51,767 bases of DNA, taken from contig NC_068982.1 in NCBI RefSeq assembly GCF_001194135.2, positions 83,802,855-83,854,621 on the forward strand, in the 5' to 3' direction. The translations under genes were made by a program, and so were the position numbers. Under the pieces are notes generated by a model. That model had not been told where the DNA came from, searched no databases, and saw nothing but the letters and a program-made list of their open reading frames with translations. Of this stretch, positions 11,790 through 24,219 are shown in pieces. The stretch is from Octopus bimaculoides. Its lineage: Eukaryota. The first letter of the stretch is position 1. The number at the start of each line of letters is the position of its first letter.

Positions 11790-14700
11790 GAGGGAGAGAT
11801 AGAGACATATAACATAGAAGACAACTGAAAATTCCTATGGAGCAATCTACTAAGGGCAACAGACCAAATTTGTGGTTGGGGCAAAGCTTCTGCCAGACCA
11901 AGGGTGATGTGGTGGTGGAACAGTGATGCTGACAGGGCCATAAAAGAGAAGAGACAGATCTGGAAAGAGTTGAAAAAAGTGGGTGGTAGCAAAGAATCAT
12001 ATCAGAAGGCTAGACATCTGGCTAGGGTAGAAGCAGAAAATAAGAGGTTTACCAATGTCCTACAGCATGAAGATCAGGGACTTGGTGAGTTCTCGATTGC
12101 TAGACAGTGTGTCAGTGAGAATCAATATGTTGTGGGAGAGAAGTGTGTGCAGATGGATAATGGTATGCTTGCACTTAATGATGTGGACAAGAATGAGGTA
12201 TGGAAAAGTTACTATATGAGACTGTTAAATTTAGAGAATGAATGAGATAAAGGGAGTCTCTCTCATGTGAACCCAACAGAGAGACCAGCTATCCTAGTGG
12301 ACAGCAGTATGGTATTCATTACTAACAGAGGTTGTAACTCTCTGAATTCACCCAGCCTATTCTTATTCTAGCAGCTGTTTTCAGAACAGCCTTCCCAACT
12401 ACTAACTTGTCACCTAAGTAACAGAAACTGTCTACTACTTCTAAAGATCCCACTGACATTTGAAGGAGTCTACTTTTTGTATATTCCTGGTGTTTAATGT
12501 ACTTGCACATCTATCGTAAAGACTACTTTCTCTGTTAGTCTTCCAGTGATACCACTGCACCTCTTATGTGTCGATAGCTTGCACTGAGTACACTCTATGG
12601 AGTTTCACCTGACACCTTTTCTACATATCGAGCAGGGCTATCTTTCTGAAGGGATCTGTGATTTTTCTGTTTTCCTACTTATCAATACGTTGGTCTTTAC
12701 TAAATTAACTCTAAGGCCCTTTGATTCTAGTCCATGCTTCCACACCTGAAATTTCTTCTCTAGTTCTGGTAGTGGTTCAGTAATAAGAAACAAGGTCATC
12801 AGCATATGAAAACCAGGAAAGCCCCCTAGTCACAGCTGAGATGCTCAAAATATCTGGTAAGGTAGGATACAGGCTAGTCACCCGCATAGTAAATCAGGTT
12901 ATTCAGGAAGGTGTAATATTCAGTGATGCTTTAGATAGAAGCAATTATAGAGGCATCAAACTCCTGGACAAGGTAATGAAAATTATGGAGATAGAGGTAC
13001 AGCCCAATTAATTAAGAGCAGAATTAGGCAAAATTAGACAAAAATGCAGTTCGGCTTCATCCAAGGAGAAGGACTACTGGTGCTATTTTCATAGTCAGGG
13101 AACTGCAAGAGAAGTACTTAGCTAAGAATGACCCATTATACTTAGCATTTAGGGTGGCAAGCTGGCAGAATCATTAGCATGCCGGGCAAAATGTTTATTG
13201 GTATTTTGTCTGCCATTGTGTTCTGAGTTCAAATTCCGCAAAAGTCAACTTTGCCTTTCATCCTTTCAAGGTCAATTAAATAAGTACCAGTTATGTACTG
13301 GGGTCGATGTAATCGACTTAATCTCTTTGTCCTTGTTTGTCTCTTCTATGTTTAGTCCCCTGTGGGCAATAAAGAAATAATTATACTTAGCATTTGATGA
13401 TCTAGGGAAAGCCTTTGATAGAGTACCCTGTTGTGTGTTATGGTGGGCTCTGAGGAGGCTAGGGATAGACGATTAGCTGGTGAAAGCTGTACAGGCCATG
13501 TACAAAGATGCTGTTAGTAAGGTGAGAGTTAACCACAAGTACAGTGAAGAATTTGGTGTACAGGATGGGATTCATCAGGGCTCAGTCCTTAGTCCCCTCC
13601 TTTTCATCAGTGTCCTCCAGAACATAACAGAGGAATTCAAAACTGGCAGCCGCTGGGAACTACTATATGTTGATTATCTTGCCCTCATAGCAGATTCCAT
13701 ATCAGAGCTGGAAGAGAAATTCCAGGTATGAAAGCAAAACATGGAATCTCAAAGCCTTAAGTTTAACTTAGCAAAGACTAAGATTCTAGTATACAAGAAA
13801 ACTAACAGGACCCTACCCACTTCAGGTAAGTGGCCCTGTTCAATTTGTAGGAAAGGTGTAGGCAGGAACTCCATACAGTGTACCCAGTGCAAGCTATAGG
13901 CACACAAGAGGTGCAGTGGATTAATAGGAAGGTTGTCAAAGAAGACAGCTTTTGTATGTGGAAGATGCACAAGATCCATAAAAACATTAGTGACTCAGGA
14001 CATTGATTCTCTCAATTGCCATGGTGACTCATCAGAGGTAGAGGATAATTTCTGCTACCTAGAGGAGCAAATTAGTAGAGGGGAAGATGCAGGGAAAGTG
14101 TGATAGCTAGAATAAGAATAGGATAGAGGAAATTCAGAGAAATGTTACCTCTGTTGGCCACAAAAGGTTTCTCTCTCTAAGTGAAATGAAGATTGTATGA
14201 TGCAAGCATACAGACAGTAATCTTACATGGTAGTGAGACATGGGCCTTGAATGCAGAGGACATGAGAAGGTTAGAGAGGAATGAGGCTTGTTTGCTCCAC
14301 TAGATGTGTAATGCAGGTGTATATGTTCAACAGAGTGCTAGTGTTTTGAGAGAAAAGCTAGACATAAGAAGAATTAGTTGCTGTGTGCAAGAGAGAAGAC
14401 TGTGATGGTTTGGTCATGTGATGTGGGTAGATGCAGACACCTCCATAAAGAAGTGCTGATCTTCAAATTATATGGAACATGTGGAAGTGGGAGATTCAGG
14501 AAGACATGGGATGAAGAACACTGAACTTTTCAGGCAAGATGACACACGATTCCTGGCACCCTGCTGTACTCAAAAAGACCAGTACACTGCAGTAGAAGAA
14601 TTGAGGCCGGTCCCTCTTGTGGTGAAAATACTTGTGGTGGTGCTACATAAAAGCACTCATGCGGTGCCATGTAAAAGTGCCTGTGTAGTGCCACATAAAA

Positions 14701-14893
14701 GCATCTATGCAGTCCTATGCAAAAGCATCTACCACACTCTATAAAATAGTTGGGTGTTAGGAAGGTCATCCAGCCATAGAAACCACACCAAATCAGACGC
14801 AAGCTTAGTGGGGCTCCCCAGCTTGCCAGCTCTGGTCGAACTGTCCAACCCATGCCAGAAAGGACAACAGATGTTGAATGATGATGATGATGA
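11790..14893 (+). mobile_element. Decayed RTE LINE interrupted by a local duplication (12315-12806) and a SINE (13151-13379)
   Basis: WWWNSDADRAIKEK, GIHQGSVLSPLLF, Cys/His finger, SETWAL; 3' UTR ends in (ATG)n at about 14877-14893. Confidence 0.85.
13151..13379 (+). mobile_element. Full-length SINE with 16-bp TSD (central domain resembles Deu/Nin-type SINE cores)
   Basis: attatacttagcattt duplicated at 13135-13150 and 13380-13395; B-box-like gagttcaaattcc; core gcctttcatcctttc...aaataagtaccag; A-rich tail. The domain assignment is from memory. Confidence 0.8.
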
Positions 14894-15944
14894 TATATAT
14901 ATATATATATATATATAAAAGGCTTAGATTTAGAGTCAAAATTGAATATGGTACTTATGTTTAGGCACCAGAATATAATATGGTATGGTATTATACAAAA
15001 ACCATTCCAAAAACGAGGTGATCAAAAAAATCAAAATAAGCAACATGGATTTTAAAGATGATTGCAGTACGCACGTTTCATGCTACTCCATTTATTTAAG
15101 TAATGCGAGCATTACATTAAATACAATATGTAGAGCAATCTTCAGCTGCACGAAAAATGCAGAAAATTACAGTAGAATAGACATATTATAATTGTGGCAA
15201 CATTTCAAATCCAAGTGGCAAGAAGAATACATAAAAATCCATCTTGACATAGCCAAGGCTATCAGGCTAGTAATTGGTTCTAGGCAGAAATTCTAACTGT
15301 CTCTGATTTTATTGTCTCTTATCTAGTAGTTATAGTATAAGGGACAATCACTTCTAAGGAAAGGGAAGGTGTAAGCATTATGCATGGACATGGCTATGAA
15401 GGATATGGTTATAAAGGTTTCTCTGGTCAGAGTGGCAACACTATTATAGGCTGGGTTTTTTTTACTACTATCAAAATGTTGAGGAATTAAACCCTAAGCA
15501 TATAGGTCAAACAGGGCTTTTTCTTTAGTCTGAATAGAGCATCAGTATTGTTTTACAGATATCAATATTAGTTTATACAAAAAATCATGAAGTAATGTCA
15601 GTACTGAATTCAGAGGCTATAGATAAGGTGTAAAGTCTAACGATATTATATATATTGGACTCAGGAAAACTATTTTGAATTATTTTTTAAATGATTTTAA
15701 AATTTAAGCTGATATATATAATAATACTATTTTGAAGACACATAAAAGGTAAGCTTTAATTTTATAATGTGAAGAAGAAGTAGTATAGGATTTGCATAGT
15801 TTATAATAATGGGTTTATTAAGGTTTAAGGGACAAAAAAAGAAANNNNNNNNNNNNNNNNNNNNNNNNNNNNNNNNNNNNNNNNNNNNNNNNNNNNNNNN
15901 NNNNNNNNNNNNNNNNNNNNNNNNNNNNNNNNNNNNNNNNNNNN

Positions 15945-16900
15945 ATCCTTTCTTAAAATTTTTTTTCCGACAGGAACCCTCCTTTTCAGCTACAGGGAAT
16001 ACGAATCTGCAAAAAAATTGGCAAAATTGGACAAGGGGAGTACAGGATGACTGTCAGCCAAAGCGAGACATACATACATAACCTCTCTCTCTTCTCTGTC
16101 AGTCACTCACACATTCACCCACTACAAAATGTGAATAACAAAATTTCAGTTAACTCTCTCTCAGCCATACATAGATACATACATCTATGCATACATACAT
16201 ACATACATGCATACATAACAACCTGCGTGTGTGTGTGTTTGTGTATGTGTCACTGAAGCCATTCATACATACATACATAACATCTCTCTCTCTCGCTCTC
16301 TCTCTCACGCTCTCTCTCTCTCTCTCTCTCACATACACACACACCAGCAACATTACTCTCTCTGTCTCTTCACATACTCACTAACAAAAGCAATTCACAT
16401 ATACACCACACATTCTATCTCGCATATCCCATCAAACACACACTCTCACACACACACACACGCATGCATGCACATCAATTCTTCCGCTTCAAGCCAACTT
16501 CAAAAGAACTTCACTCATACAACCACGCTCTCTCTGTCTCTTTCACTTTGACACCGACTTCAAAAGATCCCCTTTCCACGCAACTCCATATTAAAAAAAT
16601 AAAACTTTTATGGAAACCAATGATCATTTTCAAAAATGTAAATAAACACACGTGGTTTATAAGTGGTTTGTAAGTGACAATCGTGTGTTCCCATATCGAA
16701 AGATCACTCAATGTTTTAATGATTAGACAGAAGTCCAATAGAATAGCGCTCAGAAACAGACTACATACAAATTCGTTCTTCACAACTCCTGAAGCTGTTT
16801 TTCTGACAAGTGGTGGTGGCGGGGATGGATCAGGTAATTTTCATACAGCTGAAGGCTCCAGTCCAAACGGGACCTGAAATGATAAGGTTGAGAAACGTTG
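15945..16900. mobile_element. Probable non-autonomous DNA element (hAT-like end) with a microsatellite-rich interior
   Basis: Ends in aaggttgagaaacgttg, resembling CAGxGTTTCTCAACC-type hAT termini; the left end falls in an N gap, so the TIR pair and TSD cannot be confirmed. Confidence 0.35.
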
Positions 16901-16909
16901 TTATAGATT

Positions 16910-17990
16910 ATGCCTAACCGAAAATGATCGCAGCCACATCATCCACATTCTTTGGTTGAGAAGGGACTTTGCACCAGCCAGAAATTTGGTCAATAGCCTG
17001 CAGCAGGTTGTCCTGTAGGAACCTCCAGTTGTTTGTCACATTATATGTCATTATATCCTCCTATTGTTGTCAAATGCTTCAAGTAACGCATCCCTTAACC
17101 TCTGACCATTCAGAGGATCCTTAAGCTTCCAGACCTTTCTTTTCCACATTTCTTCTCTGAAGCCTTCTAACCCTGACTCTGAAGTCACTAATGACTAACT
17201 TATTTTGAGGGGTGCATTCTTCACCTGGCAAAGTTTTGACACTTATAAGAGCCATCTTTCCCATTTTCTGGTGAGAATGTAATCAATCTGGCTAGTGTAC
17301 CCACCAGATTGATAGCTGAACAGATGACTGGCAAGCTACCTTGAAGTTAGCACTGCAGATTATAAGGTCATTTGTATCACAGAATTCCAGCAACCTAGTT
17401 CCATCCTCATTTTAGGAACCAAAACTATTTCCACCATGCACGCCATGGAAGCCACTTGGATGTTTGCCATTAAGGAAAGGTCACTGCACCCCTCAACAAA
17501 GGAAAGGTCATTGTCCCTTGTCAATGAGGTAGTCAGCAAAAGTGTCGTAAAATTGGTCTTTCTGCTCATCAGGTAGTCCCAGCTGAGGGGCATAGGCTGA
17601 GATAATGGTTGTTGTTCCACTTTGTAAAACTGATTTATCCTTAAGTATTTTATCATACACTCTGACTACCCCAGTTACCTTATCAATCCATTTCTCAGCA
17701 AGTAGTATGGTCACACCACCAACCCCATTACTGTTCCTTACCCAGAAGATTTTATACCTATGCTCTTTGTCTGTGAGGAACCTGGCAGAATCTCTTCTTA
17801 TTTTTTGGATACAACATACGTCTACATGCTTCCATTCAAACACCTCAACTATCTCACCTGACCTACCTTTCAATGTGCCCACATTAAGGTTGCCAACTCT
17901 AAGGGTGTGGAAGATGTGGGCAGAGGAGTGTGACACAGGAATGGGGGACAGCATTCTGCATCTGAAAAGGAAGCTTGCATGTACATTACC
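16910..17990 (-). mobile_element. RTE LINE 5' fragment (AP endonuclease)
   Basis: ORF 17508-17954 reads LRVGNLNVGTLKGRSGEIVE...VDVCCIQ..R...NGVGGV.ILLAEKW...IISAYAPQLGL, an APE domain with downstream stops. Confidence 0.85.
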
Positions 17991-18022
17991 CAGACATATT
18001 GTCTAAGTTTACATAGGTTTCT

Positions 18023-18180
18023 GGAGTGGCTATGTGGTAAGAAGCTTGATTCTCAACCACATGGTTCCGAGTTCAGTCCTACTGTGTGGCACCTTGGACA
18101 AGTGTCTTCTACTATTGCCTCAGGCCAATCAAAGCCTTGTGAGTGGATTTGGTAGGTGGAAACTGAAAGAATTCTGTTGG
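18023..18180 (+). mobile_element. tRNA-derived SINE 5' part
   Basis: ggagtggctatgtggtaagaagc A-box-like and gagttcagtcc B-box-like, followed by ggcaccttggacaagtgtcttctac; related heads at 25825-25935 and 50177-50205. Confidence 0.7.
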
Positions 18181-18356
18181 TGATTTTCTTTCTCCGTCTT
18201 CCCTTCTTTGGACTTTTTCTATATTTCTGATAAAGAGCTCCGCTCGAAATGTGAAATCTTCTTTCTTTTCTTTCCTTTCCTGAGCGTTCAATAACACTGT
18301 ACTTATTCCACATCTTCATGTTGTTGTTTTTTCTTGCTTGTTCATGTTTGGATTGA

Positions 18357-18357
<1 letters not shown>
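18177..18357 (+). repeat. pLTR-like repeat with hammerhead-like motif (18224-18256)
   Basis: ttt CTGATAA a gagc tcc gctc GAAAt gt gaaa; homolog of 1293-1500. Confidence 0.55.
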
Positions 18358-18395
<38 letters not shown>

Positions 18396-18429
18396 GAACT
18401 CTCCCATCGTTTTAGAGGGTTCAACAATT

Positions 18430-18930
18430 TCTTACTGAACAACCACACAGAGGATTTGCTTATAGCGATCAAATGTTTGTGTAGATGTAAGCTCACTCCC
18501 TCCATCATACCGACATTACCTGTGCAGGTGCAACTGGGTATGACATATCAGATGTTGAAATAATTGCAGAGAAACAAAATGAAGTGCTTTGCTCAAGAAC
18601 ACAATGCAACGCCCAGTCTGGGAATCAAATCCATGATCTCGTAATTGTGAGTGCAACATCCTAACTACTAAGCCATGCGCCTTCACTCACACAGTACTGC
18701 TTGACAACCAGTGTTTGTGTGTTCCCCTATTACTGCTTGACAACCGGTGTTGGTGTGTTTACGTCCCTGTAACTTTGCAGTTCAGCAAAAGAGACTGATA
18801 GAATAAGTACTAGGTTTAAAAACTAAGTACTGGAGTTGATTCATTTGACTAAAAAAAATTCAAGGCAGTGCGCCAGCATGGCCACAGTCTAATGACTGAA
18901 ACAAGTAAAAGATAAGAGATACATTTATTT
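18430..18930. mobile_element. Two adjacent SINE remnants (minus-strand copy about 18430-18690, plus-strand copy about 18700-18930)
   Basis: tRNA-like head in reverse at 18610-18690; tail gcatggccacagtctaatgactgaaacaagtaaaaga shared with 45060-45115, 34715-34765 and 51520-51680. Confidence 0.6.
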
Positions 18931-19179
18931 CACCATCATTCCTTTGCTTCACACTTACTACATTTACCAGGAGAATGACCACTAGATAGACATGGAAAGA
19001 GAAAGAGCATTCCATGTAGGTTTCTGGTAGAGGTTCTAGGAGAAAGACTTCTGAATTAGGTGGTGGGTGAGTATTGGTTAGGCACATCATGTATAACCAA
19101 GCAGCATGGTTGCTCTATGCCAAAGATATAAGGCTATATAAAATATCCAAAGAAAATGAAAAGGTGAAAAAAGCAGATT

Positions 19180-19700
19180 TTCACTAGGATTTACCTAATT
19201 TAAGTGCTATTTAGCATACATGAGAATAGTGAGCTATTCGACATAATATGAGTGAGATGAAATGACATGAGAATTAAAGCCAGGAAACAAAAGATGAAAA
19301 TGCTTATTTGAACATTAGACTTGCTTAACTTTACATAGCATGGAAATAAATGGCTTTATAGATAACATGAGTGAGATGAAGTGATGTAATCCAAACAAAA
19401 CAGAAAGCCAAAAAAAGCACATTTTAACTAGGATTGCTTAATGTGGTTACTATGGAAATAAGCAAAATTTTAGATGTAATATGAGCAAGATGAAATGACA
19501 TGAGAATTAAAGCTAGGCTTTCCTAGTTTTAATTCTCATGTCATTTCAATGAAATTGCTTATTTGAACATTAGGATTGCTTAACTTTACTATTTAACACA
19601 TAGCATGGAAATAAACAAGGCTTTATAGATAATATGTGCGAGATGAAATGACATGAGAATCAAAGTTAGGAAAGGAAAACAAAATTGCTTATCTGAACAT
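19180..19700. repeat. Degenerate tandem array (about 120-150 bp units) containing a 58-bp fold-back
   Basis: Motif atgagtgagatgaaatgacatgagaatt recurs at about 19248, 19367, 19481 and 19633; hairpin at 19491-19548. Confidence 0.75.
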
Positions 19701-19921
19701 TTCTTCTTCATACACGTTTATTTTGTATGACTAGAATTATAAAAGTGAGGTAGAACCTTAGGAAGCTATTTTACCTGGAGTGGAGGTAATACCCTTGTGC
19801 TGAAGTCAAAACAGCCAACAGGTGTCATGAACAACCAAAGCAACATGGCTGCCCCAAACCAAAGATATGAGGCCATATAAAATATTCAAACAAAACAAAA
19901 AGGCAAAAAAAGCACCTTGAA

Positions 19922-21990
19922 GTGTTTTGGATTGCAAGTGTGTGAGAGAAAATCATGATATCATAGGAGAGAAGTGTGTCTGCATTGATGATGGTTCACT
20001 TGCATTTAGTAATTCTGCAAAGAAAGAGGCTTGGAAATGCCATTATGAAAAGCTGCTAAATGTGGAGAATGTATGGGAGAAGGAGATTCTGCCTAATGTA
20101 GACCTAACTGAGGGACCAGCTATCTGAATTGGCAGCAGCTTGGTAGACAAACCAATTAAAGATATGAAGACAGGGAAAGTCCCTGGTCCATCAGGAATAA
20201 CAGCTGAAATGCTTGAAATATCTGGCAGAGTGGGACATGGCCTAGTCACCCGTATAGTTAACCAGGTTGTCCGTGAGGGAGTCATACCCAATGACTGGTG
20301 TAGTAGAATTATAGTCAACTGCTACAAAGATAAAGGTGAGGCCTTAAACAGAAATAATTACAGAGGCATCAAATTGTTGGACTAGGTAATGAAAGTTGCA
20401 GAAAGGGTCATAGCTCAATTAATTAGGAAGAAAGTTAGTATAGATGAGATACAATTTGGATTTGTGCAAGGCTGCTGCTATATTTCTCATTAGGCAAATA
20501 CAGGAGAAGTATTTAGCCAAAAATAAACCTCTGTACCTGGCTTTTGTCAACATGGAGAAAACCTTTGACAGGGTCCAAAACACCCTTATCTGATGGTCAA
20601 TGTGGAAGCTAGGTATAGATAAGTGGTTAGTGAGAGCTGTACAAGCCATGTATAAGGATGCTGCCGGTAACGTGAAGATTGGCAATGAGTATAGCAATGG
20701 ATTCAGTGTACTTGTAGAAGTTCACCAAGGATTAGTTCTTAGCCCCCACTTGCTTATCTTAGTCCTCTAGGCCTTAACAGAGGAATTCAAGACCGGCTGT
20801 CCCTGGGAGCTCCTCTACACTGATGACCTTATTTTTATAGCTTACTCACTAGAGAAGAAATCTCAGGTGTAGAAATAAGGCCTGGTATCTAAGGACCTTA
20901 GAGTTAATTTAGCAAAAGCCAAAGTCCTAGTAAGTAGGAACACAAACAAATCACAAATCCCTTCTTGGAGATTGCCCTACTTGATATGTTAGAAAGGTGT
21001 TGGTAGAAACTCCATATGTTGTACCCAGTGCAAGTTTTACACATATAAGAGGTGTACAGTATCACAGAAAGGTTATCGGAGAATATAGTCTTTTTGTATG
21101 GAAAATGTGCAGGTACGATAAGCACTAGCAATGTGCAGACAATAGACTCCCTCAAATGCTCAAGGGGATCATTAGAAGTAGTAGATAACTTCTGTTACCT
21201 AGAAGACCAAGTTAGCTGTGGAGGAGGAAGTTCTGAAAGTGTAGTTGCTTGGATAAGAATGGGCTGAGCAAAGTTCAGAGAGTTTCTACCTTTGTTGGTA
21301 ACTAAAAGCCTCTCCGTCAAAGTGAAAGGCAGATTGTATGATGCCTGTGTATGTACAGCTATGTTACATGGCAGTGAAACACGGGCCTTGACAACAGAGG
21401 ACTTGTAAAGGCTTGAAATAGATAAAGCTAGCATGTTCTGTTGGATGGGTGATGTCAGTGTGCATGCATGACAATGTAAATGGGTATAAGAGGCATCAGT
21501 TGTTGTGTGCAAGAGAGAAGACTGTGCAGGTATGGCCATGTGATACATATGAATGAGGACAGCTGCTTAAAGAAGTACAGAGTTCTATTTGTGGAGAGAA
21601 TCTGTGGAATCTGTAGGACGCATGAATATGTGGGACAATGTGGTAAGAAAGAATCTTTGGATGTTTGGCCTCACTGAGGAAATGACAGTGGACTGGAAAT
21701 TGTTGTACTTGAAAAGATGTGTCAAGCTAAATAAAATCATAGGTATTCTATGCATACAGGCTTGTCCTTCAGGTGCCAGTGCCATATAAAAAGCACCCAT
21801 GCCTGTACACATTAAAGGCACCCAGCACACTCTGTTAAGTCGTTGGTGTTAGGAAGGGCATCCAGCTGTAGAAACCATGCCACAAAAGACAATTGGCATT
21901 GGACAGTTCTCTAGCTAGCCAGTTCCATTTCAAACCATCCAACCCATCCCAGCATAGAAAATGGACGTTGAACAAGGATGACGATGATGA
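19922..21990 (+). mobile_element. Decayed RTE LINE (RT to 3' end)
   Basis: MKTGKVPGPSGITAEML, NYRGIKLLD, Cys/His finger, VDNFCYLEDQV, ERRLCRYGHV; gat-rich tail at about 21978-21990. Confidence 0.85.
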
Positions 21991-23544
21991 TAATGTGGGT
22001 GTCTTTTCAGAACATTGTCTGGTTTGAAAAGCCACATCAGATGCCATGATGGTGCTAAGGTGTAGGTATAGGAGGTGGTTGAACTCTGCATAAGGAGTAG
22101 ACAACCACCACCATATATGTAACTACTTGGACGTTGGGTATATGTCTTTTAGTAGGTCGATTAAAGCACATTCACCATTTGGGCAACATGATATCATCTG
22201 CAGTAACAATATAATTTGCACTGGATCTATGTCAGAAAATCCACAGTGTTTGTTGAGTTTATAATTGATGAAAGAAATGGAAGATGGATTTAATGCAAAT
22301 CTTTATTCAGCACAATTGTTTTGACCCATTCTGCATCTTTTCTATAGGAGTAGGATATTGTGCATCTAATTGTATTGCATCAGTCAGTGCAGGCTGTGTC
22401 ACTTCAGGTACTTGGTATAGAAAAGGACATCTCACTAGATATACTGAGTTCTCCTTGGCATGTTGTTCTGGCTAGTTGTACATTGGTACACTGACAGAGG
22501 GTAGGATAAGTTTGAAGTTGTAACCCACAAATGGTACTAGCCAGTTGACCATGAATATCTAACATGAATTAAGATTGTAAATGATAGAAGATAAAACCTA
22601 TCAAAGAAAGTTAAGATTAAGAAAGATGGCTATGCACTCTTTGACATGAACACATATATAGACATACACACACACACATGTATGCTCATCACTAAGTGAA
22701 TATCATTTTATGTGATTATAATCTATAGAAATGGTATTATTAGCTGCAGACATCTAGCTGTTATCTTGCACCCCACTGGGTAGCAGATCCCCAGTCAGTC
22801 ATAGATGACTGGTTGTTAGGATGTTGGTTTGGCAGACACTCACACATGTACACAGGTATTTGTTTACATACATAGATGCACACTTATGTATATATTTATT
22901 TTTATTGGTGGGTTGACATGCACGCAAACTCATATAGACCCGTTTAAATACCTCTATATGCATAAATAAGTATATAGTTGCCTATGTTACATTCAGATGC
23001 TGGGCCCCATAAATCAGTGTTTAACTATGCATGTAGACTCATTTATATGCATTTCACTCTGTGCATCCATATATTAAATTACCCATAAAGCCCTCTTGTA
23101 AATGTCTATATTGCTTGAGTTAATTCACACCCTATTCAAATGCAGAGCCCCATATATGTGTTTACACATGCAAAGAGACAGATTCATATGCATTTCTGAC
23201 TGTGCATCCATATATCTATCTAGACATGGGGCCCTTTGTAAATGTCTACATTACTGGTGTCTATTAACACGTTATAAAGTGTATTTATATATTTAAGACG
23301 AATATATTTATACGTGCCTATATCTGTAGCTATAGGTGCATATTAACATACATTGGTGACACTCAGACTCACTCAGATGCTTACATATATAAACATACAG
23401 TAATCACAATGCATATTGTATAAACTAAAATTGCACAGACTCACTTGCATGGTTACATATATAAACACACAATAATCACAATACATATCATATAAGATTG
23501 AATTGCAAAGATTGTAGGTACAATTGTCTTAATAACATTCGACA

Positions 23545-23776
23545 ATAATCTCTATAACATGTTGGACAATATGGAGTTATATGGATCATCCATAATTAAA
23601 ACTTTTATAGGTGGTCTAGGACTGTATTGTCTGGCTATATACATTAGTGGGATATGAAGTTCAGAGTCATGATTAACATGCAACCTATAATGTAAAACAT
23701 CTGACATAATACATTTAACACTTTGCAAAGATTGTACATACAATTGTCTTAATAACATTCAACAATAATCTTGATA
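23545..23776. repeat. About 200-bp tandem unit; the second copy is split by the SINE dimer and continues at 25482-25650
   Basis: atatgga(g/a)ttatatggatcatc...ctaggactgtattgtct...caacctataatgt seen at 23569-23710 and 25507-25650. Confidence 0.7.
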
Positions 23777-23960
23777 ATACAGTTGTATATTTAAGAGATG
23801 AGGAACTATGTACATTATTTACATTATTTACAATTAACAGATATTTGTCCTCATCCTATTTGTTGTTAACACAATGTTTTGGCTGATATACCCTCCAGCC
23901 TTCATCAGGTGTCTTGGGGAAATTTTGAACCTGTGTTCTCATTCCTAAGGTGTTTTTCTA

Positions 23961-24015
<55 letters not shown>

Positions 24016-24091
24016 ATTATTATTATTCAGTTCACTGCCTGGAATCGAATTTGAAATCTTGGGGTTAGTAGCCCGCGCTCTTAAACACTAC
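23777..24091 (-). mobile_element. tRNA-headed SINE, minus-strand copy, hammerhead-like motif at 23869-23912
   Basis: Reverse complement of the head at 24105-24170 and of the tail at 25365-25481; internal (GTT)n/(ATT)n linker. Confidence 0.8.
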
Positions 24092-24095
24092 ACAC

Positions 24096-24179
24096 GGCAT
24101 ATGGCATAGTGGTTAAGAGTGCGGGCTACTAACCCCAAGATTCCAAGTTCGATTCCAGGCAGTGAACTGAATAATAATG

Positions 24180-24219
<40 letters not shown>

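Noticed and set aside
15336-15370. Candidate exon before gtaagc at 15371
   Set aside because: The required frame contains a stop codon.
24096-24170. tRNA gene
   Set aside because: A and B boxes are present, but there is no proper acceptor stem or T terminator and it continues into a SINE body.
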